This document shows, in pieces, positions 15,738 to 24,704 of a stretch of DNA of 27,710 bases. The translations under genes were made by a program, and so were the position numbers. The notes beneath the pieces are model-generated. The model did no database searches. It had not been told where the DNA came from and saw only the letters and a program-made list of their open reading frames with translations. Numbering within the stretch: the first letter of the stretch is position 1; each line of letters opens with the position of its first letter. Location: contig JBAXYC010000001.1 in assembly GCA_037127615.1 (NCBI GenBank), positions 1 through 27,710 of the forward strand, written 5' to 3'. The DNA is from a bacterium. Its GTDB lineage: Bacteria > Patescibacteriota > Minisyncoccia > Phycocordibacterales > PALSA-1337.

Positions 15738-17267
15738 CTAGCGAAAATGATTCAGCGTATAGTCAACAAGCAGCCCAGCGTCCTTTTTTTCATCCGGTGA
15801 CTTGAGTACGATGGTCACAATCGGTCGCTTTGTCTGACCGACTGGAAATTCAAATACAGAAAGATTTGACTCCCCTGCTTCAGTTGTCTTACCGTTCTTT
15901 CCACCAAAAAAATATTCATCGCTAACAAAGTCATTAAAATTAGCCAAATTTGTAAAGCCGCTTGCGCCATATGCGCTGTCTTTTATTTTTCCGGATGTGA
16001 TATTAAACACAAAACTACGATTATTATAAATATATTTTGCGAGCATAAAAAGATCCTCAGCAGTCGACACATTTTCCACCGCAGCACCTGAAGGGTCTAC
16101 AAAATGACTATGCGTCATACCGATCGACGCGGCCTTATCATTCATTTTTTTTATAAAATCATCGCGACCATAGTACCGAGCTATGGTTTCTGCGGCTTCA
16201 TTTGATGACTCCATCATGAGGGGAAATAGCAGCTGGTATATCGTATAGCGCTGCCCCACCTGAAGCCGCGCTTTCGATGTGTATACAATAGCCTCTTTTG
16301 ACACCGTTGCGGTCGAGTCGAGATTGATATACTCGGTTGCAACCAACGCTGTGATCAATTTTGTAATTGACGCAATCGGTACAACCTCAGTTGAATTCTT
16401 ATTGATAAAAACATGATCATTCTGAAGATCAGCTGACAGGTATATCGGCGCGGATATCGCCACAGCATTATCTGCATAAGTAAAACTATCTGGCGCAAAA
16501 CTTTGTTCGAAGACGAGCACAGGGGTTCCCGCATCTACGGCATCGTACACTTTTTTTGCATCATCCGTATCCAGACGAATACAGCCACCAGTATATTCCT
16601 TTGATGTGAGTGAACCGTCTGGATAATATGTACGACCATGAATAAAAAAGTTTCCCTGAAAATTCATACTCCACGGCATCCAGACGTGTCCCATTCCTGA
16701 GAAATGCGCTTTTTCCTTGCTACTTATTTTATACAAACCAGCCGGCGTCTCCCACCATGAGCCGGGGCGGCCTTTTGTGACGATCGGCACTTCGAGGAAA
16801 AGTGCACCTGCTTTATACACTTGGATCTTCATGGCCGATAAATTTGCTTCAAGAAAATCTGCTTTGCTGTCAATAAACTGCTGCTTTGTTTTGCCAAAAA
16901 AATCCGGGTTTGAGAGTGCGGGCTGTTCACCATACGAAAACTGCGCTTGCTGAATCGGAAGATTGACTGGCAAACTGATCGTGTAGCTAAGCGTTTTATT
17001 TCCGTACAGATATGAATAGCCGCCGATGCCAAGGATCGCAACAATAAGAATAATAATCGCCGTGACTGCCGGCACTTCCGAGTGCATCGCTTTCCATAAT
17101 GAAAAATGCCGCGACTTTCCAGCGCTGGCTTGCGAGCTATAGTAAAAAGCTTCCTTAATGTCATCGGCTGTCCACCCATCCATAACAAGCTCATTTTCAA
17201 TGGCGGCTTTTTCCATGCCTGCCTGCAGTCGCGCGGTCACGTGATTGACGAGCTGTTTGTGATACAT
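15738..17267 (-). CDS. Membrane-anchored L,D-transpeptidase (YkuD) fused to a D-Ala-D-Ala carboxypeptidase (peptidase S11)
   Basis: TM helix; YkuD motif FFIHG...TGGCIRL; S11 motifs SITK, SSN and KNG (variant of KTG). Start placed at ATG 17267. Confidence 0.85.
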   Translation of the reverse strand: MYHKQLVNHVTARLQAGMEKAAIENELVMDGWTADDIKEAFYYSSQASAGKSRHFSLWKAMHSEVPAVTAIIILIVAILGIGGYSYLYGNKTLSYTISLPVNLPIQQAQFSYGEQPALSNPDFFGKTKQQFIDSKADFLEANLSAMKIQVYKAGALFLEVPIVTKGRPGSWWETPAGLYKISSKEKAHFSGMGHVWMPWSMNFQGNFFIHGRTYYPDGSLTSKEYTGGCIRLDTDDAKKVYDAVDAGTPVLVFEQSFAPDSFTYADNAVAISAPIYLSADLQNDHVFINKNSTEVVPIASITKLITALVATEYINLDSTATVSKEAIVYTSKARLQVGQRYTIYQLLFPLMMESSNEAAETIARYYGRDDFIKKMNDKAASIGMTHSHFVDPSGAAVENVSTAEDLFMLAKYIYNNRSFVFNITSGKIKDSAYGASGFTNLANFNDFVSDEYFFGGKNGKTTEAGESNLSVFEFPVGQTKRPIVTIVLKSPDEKKDAGLLVDYTLNHFR

Positions 17268-17332
17268 AAGTATGATAATCATAGCACGACGCTGCTGGCA
17301 CAGGTTTTAACACGGTGGATAGTTAAATAAAA

Positions 17333-17368
17333 AAATGCCGTGCTCCACTTGTGTGGTGCACGGCATTT
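17333..17368 (-). terminator. Intrinsic terminator of the receiver-domain gene
   Basis: AAATGCCGTGC/GCACGGCATTT stem with an inner CCAC/GTGG stem. A T-run follows on the minus strand. Confidence 0.75.
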
Positions 17369-17386
17369 ACTGTAAGCTTCAGCGCA

Positions 17387-17785
17387 TTATCGCATCGTGG
17401 CGGGAAATTCCCTCACGCGGAGCAACTTCTTGAAGAGTGCCACTGCGACCTTATTTTCAAACGGTTTCCGAAGAAACGCGTCGACGCCGAGGTTGCCGAG
17501 GACTTCTTCCTCGGTGACCATGTCCAACCCGGACATGACCACTGTTTTTGTGAACGATGATCTCTTCTTCGCAAAGAGTGCGAGGGCAAGGCCATCATTC
17601 ACTGCCACTAGATTCAACTCGGTGACGACAAGGTGAAACCATCCGTTTTCAAAAGCGGCTTGAGCAGTGACAGCACTGTCGCAAATCGTGATGTCACAAT
17701 TTGAATCGACACCTTCGTGCAGGAGCTCTTGAAGCAGGATTGCAGTGGTAGCCGCCTTTGCAACAAGCATAATGTTTTTTCTCAT
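17387..17785 (-). CDS. Stand-alone response-regulator receiver domain, degenerate
   Basis: CheY-like pattern FHLVVTELNL...VVMSG...AFLRKPF. Start placed at ATG 17785. Confidence 0.75.
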   Translation of the reverse strand: MRKNIMLVAKAATTAILLQELLHEGVDSNCDITICDSAVTAQAAFENGWFHLVVTELNLVAVNDGLALALFAKKRSSFTKTVVMSGLDMVTEEEVLGNLGVDAFLRKPFENKVAVALFKKLLRVREFPATMR

Positions 17786-17942
17786 AATTTTATTCAATTT
17801 TCAAGTTTCAGTCGGTTATCTGTATAGATGGAGCTGGGCGGAATGCCGTGTATCCATCTGGGTGTATATTAGCACAAAAAATAGCTCTTGTAAAGGGCTG
17901 GGGAAACGCCCTTGTAGAGCCCTACAATAGGCCTCGTAGCCG

Positions 17943-17971
17943 TTGCAAAATAGCCAAAATCGGTATATTCT
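17943..17971 (+). promoter_or_regulatory. Probable sigma70 promoter for the repeat array and tRNA-Val
   Basis: TTGCAA, 17-nt spacer, TATTCT. Confidence 0.5.
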
Positions 17972-17986
17972 AAATAAACAAAATAT

Positions 17987-18101
17987 GCGCGGTTAGGTGT
18001 TTTGGTAGTTAAGTCAAAGTCATTTGCGCGGTTAGGTGTTTTGGTAGTTAAATCGAGTTATATGCGCGGTTAGGTGTTTTGGTAGTTAAATCAAGTTATA
18101 T
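17987..18101 (+). repeat. Three tandem 38-39 nt units that mimic the tRNA-Val 5' end
   Basis: GCGCGGTTAG+GTGTTTTGGTAGTTAA+12-13 nt, starting at 17987, 18026 and 18064. The tRNA itself starts with GCGCGGTTAG at 18102. Confidence 0.95.
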
Positions 18102-18173
18102 GCGCGGTTAGCTCAGTTGGTAGAGCATCCCCTTGACGTGGGGAGGGTCAGAGGTTCGAATCCTCTATCGCGC
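18102..18173 (+). tRNA. tRNA-Val (GAC)
   Basis: Acceptor GCGCGGT/ATCGCGC, D-arm GCTC-AGTTGGTA-GAGC, anticodon loop TT-GAC-GT and T-arm AGAGG/CCTCT. The anticodon stem is imperfect. Confidence 0.88.
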
Positions 18174-18227
18174 ACAACAAAAAAAAGGTATTATTATGGT
18201 ATAAAAATAACCAATAATACAACTATA

Positions 18228-21200
18228 ATGAACAACAAAATAATCACGCGAGGACTTGCAGCAACTTCCCTCTTTTTATTTTTATTCATCTATAGTTTTG
18301 CTTTGCCGCAGCAGGCTCACGCGCAAATCCCCTGTTACACATACACGCCTTCCACTGCAGCTACTGTTTCTGTCAGCCTTCTGACGAGCAGCGGCGCATC
18401 ACAGACAATAACAATTCCAAATCAAAACCCACCTTCCGTCCTACAAACCATATCATTTGATGCACCAAACTATCTGTGCGCAATGTTTTACAACCTCCAG
18501 TATCCGCAACTTCTTTTTGCAAACTTTTTAACGTCGGCAGGAGTAATACCATTTAAAGGATCGCCTTTTGCCCTCAATCTCCCGTATTCATATACGGATG
18601 GTATTGGCTACAACTATGGCTGGTTTGAATACATGGATTACGAGGGTCTCCCTGATATGGGCTACTCCGCCGCTACTGAAAATGCTGTTATCGATATGAT
18701 TGATAAGTCTCACCAGTTTTCAATCAATGCCGGAAACGGTTTAGGAACAGGAAACGGCTATGGAACATCAGTAGGTTTTTCTGGAAATGATATTGCGATA
18801 TATCCAGCCTACGGGCCCCTCACCATGACTGCCCCTGCCACAAACTGTGTCGCTCTCAGCGGTACCGGCCCTCGAAAAATTGTTTTCTTGCGTGGCGCAT
18901 CATCGGGCATGAGCGTCAGCGACTTTGTTGCACAAGCAAACAAAGTTATCACGAGTGGATTTAAAACGATTGAACCACTCAAATCAAATTTCGATCAGTT
19001 CTCATTTTATCTTGATCTAAAAAACTATACCGAAACAAGTTACCCTGAAGTGGTAACGTCGACAGGTGGCGTTTTCTTTACACAAGCCGCGACACAATCA
19101 CTGATGAATCAAAACAGCTGTTCCGGAGCCACCGGCGTTGCAGACCAGTATTTCTTTTACGCGGGTGCGACCTCTGGGTTTGAGCGTGGCATGAGTATCA
19201 ACAAGGGCCATTTCTCTGGTTTCAACATATCTCAATCTACTGACCCACTCGTTGCAATCCATGAAATGGGACACGCATATGCAGGCCTACAAGATGAGTA
19301 TGCTATTCCCGGCTCAACATACGCTCCAAGCGGCGCACTCGCTCCAGCAGAAAACTGTTCAACAAAACCATCAAAGGATTTTCGTGATCGTCCAAATAAC
19401 AAATGGTATGGGGCGCCAAAAATACAGGGTTGTGGGTACCTCGGATCTGGACCACTGCCGCTTATCGATAGCACATATTATCGACCAAGTAATTCAAGTC
19501 TAATGAACTTGGTTGGTTCATATGGAAATGACAATCACTTCAATGTTATCAGCTGTGGATACATGCTCGCTGCGATCAAGCACCAGGATATCAGTACTCC
19601 GGCTATCGCTGAGACAAATGCCCTTAGCAACTGGCCAACATGTCTCAGTATGGCGTCTGCAGGAACTGTGGTCGCTGATGGTATTCCCGCTTCCGCTTCA
19701 ACTCCTGTCGCCTCAAACTTTACCCCTGCAGGAAATGGTGGAACCATAACGGGATCAGGATTCACCACCACTGGAAATGAGATCATGCTTACTCCGGTAA
19801 CCGGCACCGCACAGGCTCCAGTCACTACTCAATCTGCAAATGTGTTTTCAATATTTGATGTATTTAAAAATTTATTTAATAAAATCATCCCTGAAGCACA
19901 TGGCCAGACTACCACTACGTCATACCAGATCGATGACGTACCAAGCATCGATGGCACATCTCTCAACTTTACCGTGCCCACAAGTACTCCAGATGGTACA
20001 TACAAGATATCTGTCGCTGCATTAAATAGTCCATGGACAGCAACTTCATACACTATCGTTGTCAGTGGAAATGGTGCTGGGAATCCTGGTACAGGCACAG
20101 GTACTGGCACGGGCACCGGTACTGGCACTGGTGGCACAACGACAGGCGCAGCCTATCCCGCTTCAAAACCAGCAGCCGCAGTCTACTCGTGTACAAGCGG
20201 CTACACTCTCCAATCAAACAATACATGCTTCAAACCCGCTGTTACTACAAATACACCCGCAAGCAGCTATGGTGCATCACTCGGCTGTCAGTCTGGATAT
20301 TCATACAACGCTTCAATGAATGTCTGTCAGGGAACATACAATGGTCTTCCGATAAATGCCGCGGCTCAATACACATGTCCTTCTGGTGGCACATTGTCAG
20401 GTTCAACATGTAATGTACCTGCGTCATCTGTCACTACAGCAGCAAGTACCGTCACTGCTACCGCAAAGTATTCGTGCTCAACCGGCTACACACTAGCGAC
20501 TGCGACTTGTACCATAAATGGTCCAACAAACCTCACTGCCAATTCAAGTAAAAATGGTCAGGTTACTCTCACGTGGAGCAATAACAGTGTGCCAAATGGA
20601 TACAATACATGCGTCGAGCGTGCACTTGGTACAACGGGAGCCTTTAGTTGTATGACTGCGCTTATGCCCCCTACTGGATCAACAATCCTGCCAACAACAT
20701 ATGTTGATGCTGGCCTCCCTCCATATACCAAATATCAATATCGCGTACGTATGGCACTCATGTCGACACTCGGCACACTCGCTGGCTCATATTCAAGTCC
20801 ATATTCAAATACGGTAACTGCTACAACAGCCCAGACCCCAACAGCTCCGACCGTAACAGCGACTGCACAGTCAACATCTGGCATCAATCTCACCTGGACA
20901 ACTACTGAAAATAACATCTCTGGATACGGTGTATACCTTATTTCAGGGACAGTAAAAACATTTATTGCGACAACTACTGTAAAAAATTATGCGGTTTCAG
21001 GACTTTCAGCTGGAACACAATATTGTTACGGTGTTATTTCCTCAGTTAATCCATTAAATAATTCCGCGATGAGTAAAAGCGCGTGTGCCACAACGGTCGC
21101 TACACCCGTTGCCACATCAACACCTCCTGTTACGCCACCAGCAACAACTACTCCACCAGTGGTTACTCCACCTCCCGCTACGACGACTCCTCCGGTCACA

Positions 21201-21968
21201 ACTCCACCGACTGCGACTACCATCCCAGCCACCATCACCTACACATGTATATCAGGTCAGACGCTCAATGCTTCGAATCGTTGCGCGCGCACAGGATCAT
21301 CCTTCACCACTGCACCAACAGCACACTATTCGTGTCCAACAAACTACACGCTCAATACCGCCACACGAACATGTACAAAAAATGTGACTGCTACGGTGAC
21401 GACAACAGTATTCCCTGCAGTTACCGCGCCGACACCGACTGCAACAGAGGTGGCCACACCTACTGTAACGGCGACAACTACACAGGTAACTCCGCCGATA
21501 CTCACAACACCATCACCTACACCTACCACCACATCCGTTCCTGCAACAGTAGCTTACACATGTTCGGCTGACTACACACTCACTGGCACTACATGTAGCA
21601 AAACAACCCAAAACACTACCGGTACAGCAGCAAGCCTGACGACCACGTGTCCAAGTGGTTCAACGCTTCGCACCTCAGCATCTGGCGCGACCTCATGTGT
21701 TTCCACGGCGTCACACTCAATCACCCCCCCAACAAACACCTACTCTTGCCCAGCTGGCGCTACACTAAACACAACAACTCACACGTGTTACGGCTCGACC
21801 ACAACGTCTATCCCTGCGACAGCAACATATACATGTCCATCAGGCTACACGCTCGACACAATAACAAACAGCTGTACTGCCCCGATCTCGATGAGGACAT
21901 CGACATCTACTACGACCGCGAGCGTGTGGGACTCTATCACTGATTGGTTTAGTAATCTATTCAAATAG
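18228..21968 (+). CDS. Large secreted/surface protein: M64-like zinc metallopeptidase, Ig/IPT-like and FN3 domains, Cys-rich and Thr/Pro-rich repeats
   Basis: Start at ATG 18228 (the ORF-track extension runs through tRNA-Val). Signal peptide ...AHAQ; HEMGHAYAGLQDEY; GT repeats; Y[ST]CPSGYTL-x-C repeats; FN3-like W...Y.YRV segments. Confidence 0.8.
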   Translation: MNNKIITRGLAATSLFLFLFIYSFALPQQAHAQIPCYTYTPSTAATVSVSLLTSSGASQTITIPNQNPPSVLQTISFDAPNYLCAMFYNLQYPQLLFANFLTSAGVIPFKGSPFALNLPYSYTDGIGYNYGWFEYMDYEGLPDMGYSAATENAVIDMIDKSHQFSINAGNGLGTGNGYGTSVGFSGNDIAIYPAYGPLTMTAPATNCVALSGTGPRKIVFLRGASSGMSVSDFVAQANKVITSGFKTIEPLKSNFDQFSFYLDLKNYTETSYPEVVTSTGGVFFTQAATQSLMNQNSCSGATGVADQYFFYAGATSGFERGMSINKGHFSGFNISQSTDPLVAIHEMGHAYAGLQDEYAIPGSTYAPSGALAPAENCSTKPSKDFRDRPNNKWYGAPKIQGCGYLGSGPLPLIDSTYYRPSNSSLMNLVGSYGNDNHFNVISCGYMLAAIKHQDISTPAIAETNALSNWPTCLSMASAGTVVADGIPASASTPVASNFTPAGNGGTITGSGFTTTGNEIMLTPVTGTAQAPVTTQSANVFSIFDVFKNLFNKIIPEAHGQTTTTSYQIDDVPSIDGTSLNFTVPTSTPDGTYKISVAALNSPWTATSYTIVVSGNGAGNPGTGTGTGTGTGTGTGGTTTGAAYPASKPAAAVYSCTSGYTLQSNNTCFKPAVTTNTPASSYGASLGCQSGYSYNASMNVCQGTYNGLPINAAAQYTCPSGGTLSGSTCNVPASSVTTAASTVTATAKYSCSTGYTLATATCTINGPTNLTANSSKNGQVTLTWSNNSVPNGYNTCVERALGTTGAFSCMTALMPPTGSTILPTTYVDAGLPPYTKYQYRVRMALMSTLGTLAGSYSSPYSNTVTATTAQTPTAPTVTATAQSTSGINLTWTTTENNISGYGVYLISGTVKTFIATTTVKNYAVSGLSAGTQYCYGVISSVNPLNNSAMSKSACATTVATPVATSTPPVTPPATTTPPVVTPPPATTTPPVTTPPTATTIPATITYTCISGQTLNASNRCARTGSSFTTAPTAHYSCPTNYTLNTATRTCTKNVTATVTTTVFPAVTAPTPTATEVATPTVTATTTQVTPPILTTPSPTPTTTSVPATVAYTCSADYTLTGTTCSKTTQNTTGTAASLTTTCPSGSTLRTSASGATSCVSTASHSITPPTNTYSCPAGATLNTTTHTCYGSTTTSIPATATYTCPSGYTLDTITNSCTAPISMRTSTSTTTASVWDSITDWFSNLFK

Positions 21969-22013
21969 GATCTCGCCAGTTTTCTTTTATCGTAATGCGT
22001 GTATGATAACGTA

Positions 22014-23276
22014 GTGATTACTCTTGCTATAGAAACAAGTTGCGACGAAACGGCCGTATGCCTCCTCGAAAGCACTAGGGCACCAGAAAATCCATCTCAC
22101 GAGGGCGCATATTCTCTTTTGCACTATGCGATACGTGGAAATAGTGTTCTCTCACAGATCGAGTTTCACCGACAATACGGCGGCGTATTTCCCGCAATGG
22201 CAAAACGTGAGCACTCAAAAAATCTTGTGCCCCTTCTCGAAGAGATGATCAAAAATTCTGGTGTATCGATGCTCGCGTATACAGCACAAGACCCTGTGCA
22301 GCAGCTTGATTTTTTAAAAGAAAAAGAGCCAGAGCTTCTCGAGAATTTACTAAAATCAACACTCCTCCACGAGAAACCTATCATTAACAAAATAGCCGTC
22401 ACACGAGGTCCAGGACTAGAACCAGCGCTATGGGTAGGAGTCAACTGTGCGCAGGCACTTGGAAAAATCTGGGATATACCGGTTGTTGGCGTCAACCATA
22501 TGGAGGGACACATCGTGGGATCTTTACTCGCCTCAAGCGAAGTCGCACCCTTTCAACCCCTTCGTCCTATTGCCTTTCCAGCACTCGCTCTTCTTATCTC
22601 CGGAGGACACACTGAACTTGTTCTTGTAAAAAAAATCGGCGACTATAGCGTTATCGGCCGCACAAAAGATGATGCCGTTGGAGAGGCATTCGACAAAGTC
22701 GCTCGTATGCTCGATCTCCCCTACCCAGGAGGTATCGAGATCAGTAGCCTTGCTGCACAAACTCGCGCGACCGAAATTAACAAGAAAAATAACCCCGATA
22801 AAATCAAAATCACCTTGCCTCGACCGATGATCAATTCACACGATCTTGATTTTTCATTTTCAGGAATAAAAACTGCGGTGTTGTACACACTACAAGGAGA
22901 TAAAAGTGGAAAAACAAATACAATGGAAACCATAGACGAGCAGACACGTGGTGAAATCGCTCGCGAGTTTGAGGATGCCGTGACTGATGTGCTCATCGCA
23001 AAGACCAAACGTGCACTCGATCAATATATCGACGAATCTACACCCATCGCTAGCCTTATCATCGGTGGCGGCGTCAGCGCAAACGCTCATATACGTATGT
23101 CTTTTAAAAAACTCGTAGCAGAGTATTCGATCCCGCTCTACCTTCCACCCGCTGGTGTATCTGGGGATAACGCTCTCATGATCGCTCTCGCTGGTGCGCT
23201 TTGTGACGATGCAACAAACACTGATGCCTCTGCTACACCTACTATCCTTCGTGCTCACGGCAACCTCTCTTTATAG
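22014..23276 (+). CDS. tsaD: tRNA N6-threonylcarbamoyltransferase TsaD
   Basis: LAIETSCDETA, GPGLEPAL, NHMEGH, LLISGGHT, DDAVGEAFDK, GGGVSAN and DNALMI. GTG 22014 is the preferred start. Confidence 0.96.
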   Translation: MITLAIETSCDETAVCLLESTRAPENPSHEGAYSLLHYAIRGNSVLSQIEFHRQYGGVFPAMAKREHSKNLVPLLEEMIKNSGVSMLAYTAQDPVQQLDFLKEKEPELLENLLKSTLLHEKPIINKIAVTRGPGLEPALWVGVNCAQALGKIWDIPVVGVNHMEGHIVGSLLASSEVAPFQPLRPIAFPALALLISGGHTELVLVKKIGDYSVIGRTKDDAVGEAFDKVARMLDLPYPGGIEISSLAAQTRATEINKKNNPDKIKITLPRPMINSHDLDFSFSGIKTAVLYTLQGDKSGKTNTMETIDEQTRGEIAREFEDAVTDVLIAKTKRALDQYIDESTPIASLIIGGGVSANAHIRMSFKKLVAEYSIPLYLPPAGVSGDNALMIALAGALCDDATNTDASATPTILRAHGNLSL

Positions 23277-23306
23277 AGGACACACGCGCTGTGATATAAT
23301 ATCTAA

Positions 23307-24035
23307 ATGGATCTCGACACAACCCAATTTTGCTACGGAATACTCTCTGGTATGCTGCCGCCTTTTTTGTGGCTTTGGTTTTGGCTCAAAGAGGATCATC
23401 TCCATCCAGAGCCGCGTAGTCGAGTGGCGTGGTGTTTCTTTTTTGGAATGGTTGCCGTGCTCATAGCACTACCTCTCCAGTATGTTGCGAGCCGTTTTTT
23501 CTTTGATGATTTCCACCGTTACATCGTTTGGGCATTTATTGAAGAAGTGCTCAAATTTGGTGCTGTGTATGTGGTTATTTTTCGAAATAATCTCATGGAT
23601 GAGCCTATCGACTCGATGATATACATGCTCACTGCGGCACTTGGGTTTGCCGCACTCGAAAATACATTTTTTATGCTTGGTGTTATTAAAAATGGTGACA
23701 TTGTCTCTGCGGTGATCACTGGAAACCTCAGATTTATGGGGGCTATCCTTCTCCATGTTGTTTGCTCATCAGTTATCGGCTTTCTTCTCGCGCTTGCATA
23801 CTACCACCGCATGGCCACAAAAGTTATTGCGATTATTGCTGGTATCGCGATCGCCGGCACATTGCATGCAACATTTAATTTAGCTATAATTAACGGCGCG
23901 ACATTCAATACACTACGTGCATTCGGTTGGGTTTGGGGTGGCGTCGTGCTTTTGGTCATTCTTTTTGAAGAAGTAAAAGCAATCAAACCAAAACAGCCAA
24001 AACAAGTTGCAAATCAGATTAATTCATTAACATAA
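23307..24035 (+). CDS. PrsW-family intramembrane metalloprotease
   Basis: EEVLK (EExxK), FAALEN, HVVCS and LHATFN motifs within multiple TM helices. Confidence 0.9.
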   Translation: MDLDTTQFCYGILSGMLPPFLWLWFWLKEDHLHPEPRSRVAWCFFFGMVAVLIALPLQYVASRFFFDDFHRYIVWAFIEEVLKFGAVYVVIFRNNLMDEPIDSMIYMLTAALGFAALENTFFMLGVIKNGDIVSAVITGNLRFMGAILLHVVCSSVIGFLLALAYYHRMATKVIAIIAGIAIAGTLHATFNLAIINGATFNTLRAFGWVWGGVVLLVILFEEVKAIKPKQPKQVANQINSLT

Positions 24036-24040
24036 TTTAT

Positions 24041-24505
24041 ATGGCAAAAGAAAAAAAATCTTTTTTTGAGCGATTGACAGGTACCGTACGACTCGATGAG
24101 AAGGACGTTGCTGAAAAAGGCTCGCATCTCCACGAAATCGACGACGCAAAAGATGCGTGGGCAGAGGAGGAAAAAGATGCCGAGCTCACTGTCGATGTCT
24201 CTCAGACTCCTGATGAGATCATCCTCAAGGCAATGGTCGCTGGCGTGCACCCAGACGACCTCGAGGTAGATATTACTCGTGACATGGTCACGATCAAGGG
24301 CCACCGTGAGGAAGAGCGCGCTGGAAAGGACGAGGACTTCTTTGTCCAGGAGCTCTACTGGGGCTCATTCTCACGCTCAATTACCCTTCCTGAGGAGATC
24401 GATGTTGATGGTGCTGAAGCCATTGAAAAGCACGGCCTTCTCATTCTCAAACTTCCCCGCATCGACAAGGGACGAAAAACTAAGCTCAAGATAAAGACAG
24501 TCTAG
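24041..24505 (+). CDS. Small heat-shock protein (Hsp20/alpha-crystallin)
   Basis: VDVSQTPDEI, VTIKG, WGSFSRSITLP and HGLLILKLP. Confidence 0.93.
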   Translation: MAKEKKSFFERLTGTVRLDEKDVAEKGSHLHEIDDAKDAWAEEEKDAELTVDVSQTPDEIILKAMVAGVHPDDLEVDITRDMVTIKGHREEERAGKDEDFFVQELYWGSFSRSITLPEEIDVDGAEAIEKHGLLILKLPRIDKGRKTKLKIKTV

Positions 24506-24510
24506 TAAAA

Positions 24511-24545
24511 TAAAAAACGTCACACTCAATGCGTGACGTTTTTTA
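24511..24545. terminator. Bidirectional terminator between hsp20 and tRNA-Phe
   Basis: 13-bp perfect stem TAAAAAACGTCAC/GTGACGTTTTTTA between convergent genes. Confidence 0.85.
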
Positions 24546-24551
24546 TTTATA

Positions 24552-24627
24552 TGGTGCCAAGAACCAGATTCGAACTGGTGACCCTTCCCTCTTCAGGGGA
24601 ATGCTCTACCAACTGAGCTATCTTGGC
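24552..24627 (-). tRNA. tRNA-Phe (GAA)
   Basis: 76-nt cloverleaf with acceptor GCCAAGA/TCTTGGC, anticodon arm TTCCC-CTGAAGA-GGGAA and encoded CCA. Confidence 0.95.
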
Positions 24628-24704
24628 GAAGACTCTGATTTAACTACCAAAACACCTATCTTGGCGAATACTTTAACTTAACTACCAAAACACCTATCTT
24701 TAGC
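24628..24704 (-). repeat. Two tandem ~38 nt units that mimic the tRNA-Phe 5' end
   Basis: Minus strand reads GCTAAAGATAG+GTGTTTTGGTAGTTAA+GTTAAAGTATTC, then GCCAAGATAG+GTGTTTTGGTAGTTAA+ATCAGAGTCTTC, then the tRNA (GCCAAGATAG...). Confidence 0.95.

Noticed and set aside
17985-17996. Minigene ATG-CGC-GGT-TAG overlapping the Val units
   Set aside because: It arises from AT preceding the tRNA G1 and has no equivalent in the Phe array.
17987-18101. CRISPR array call for the 38-nt repeats (also 24628-24704)
   Set aside because: The variable parts are only 12-13 nt and resemble each other, the repeat contains the adjacent tRNA's 5' end, there are only 2-3 units, and no cas genes are present.
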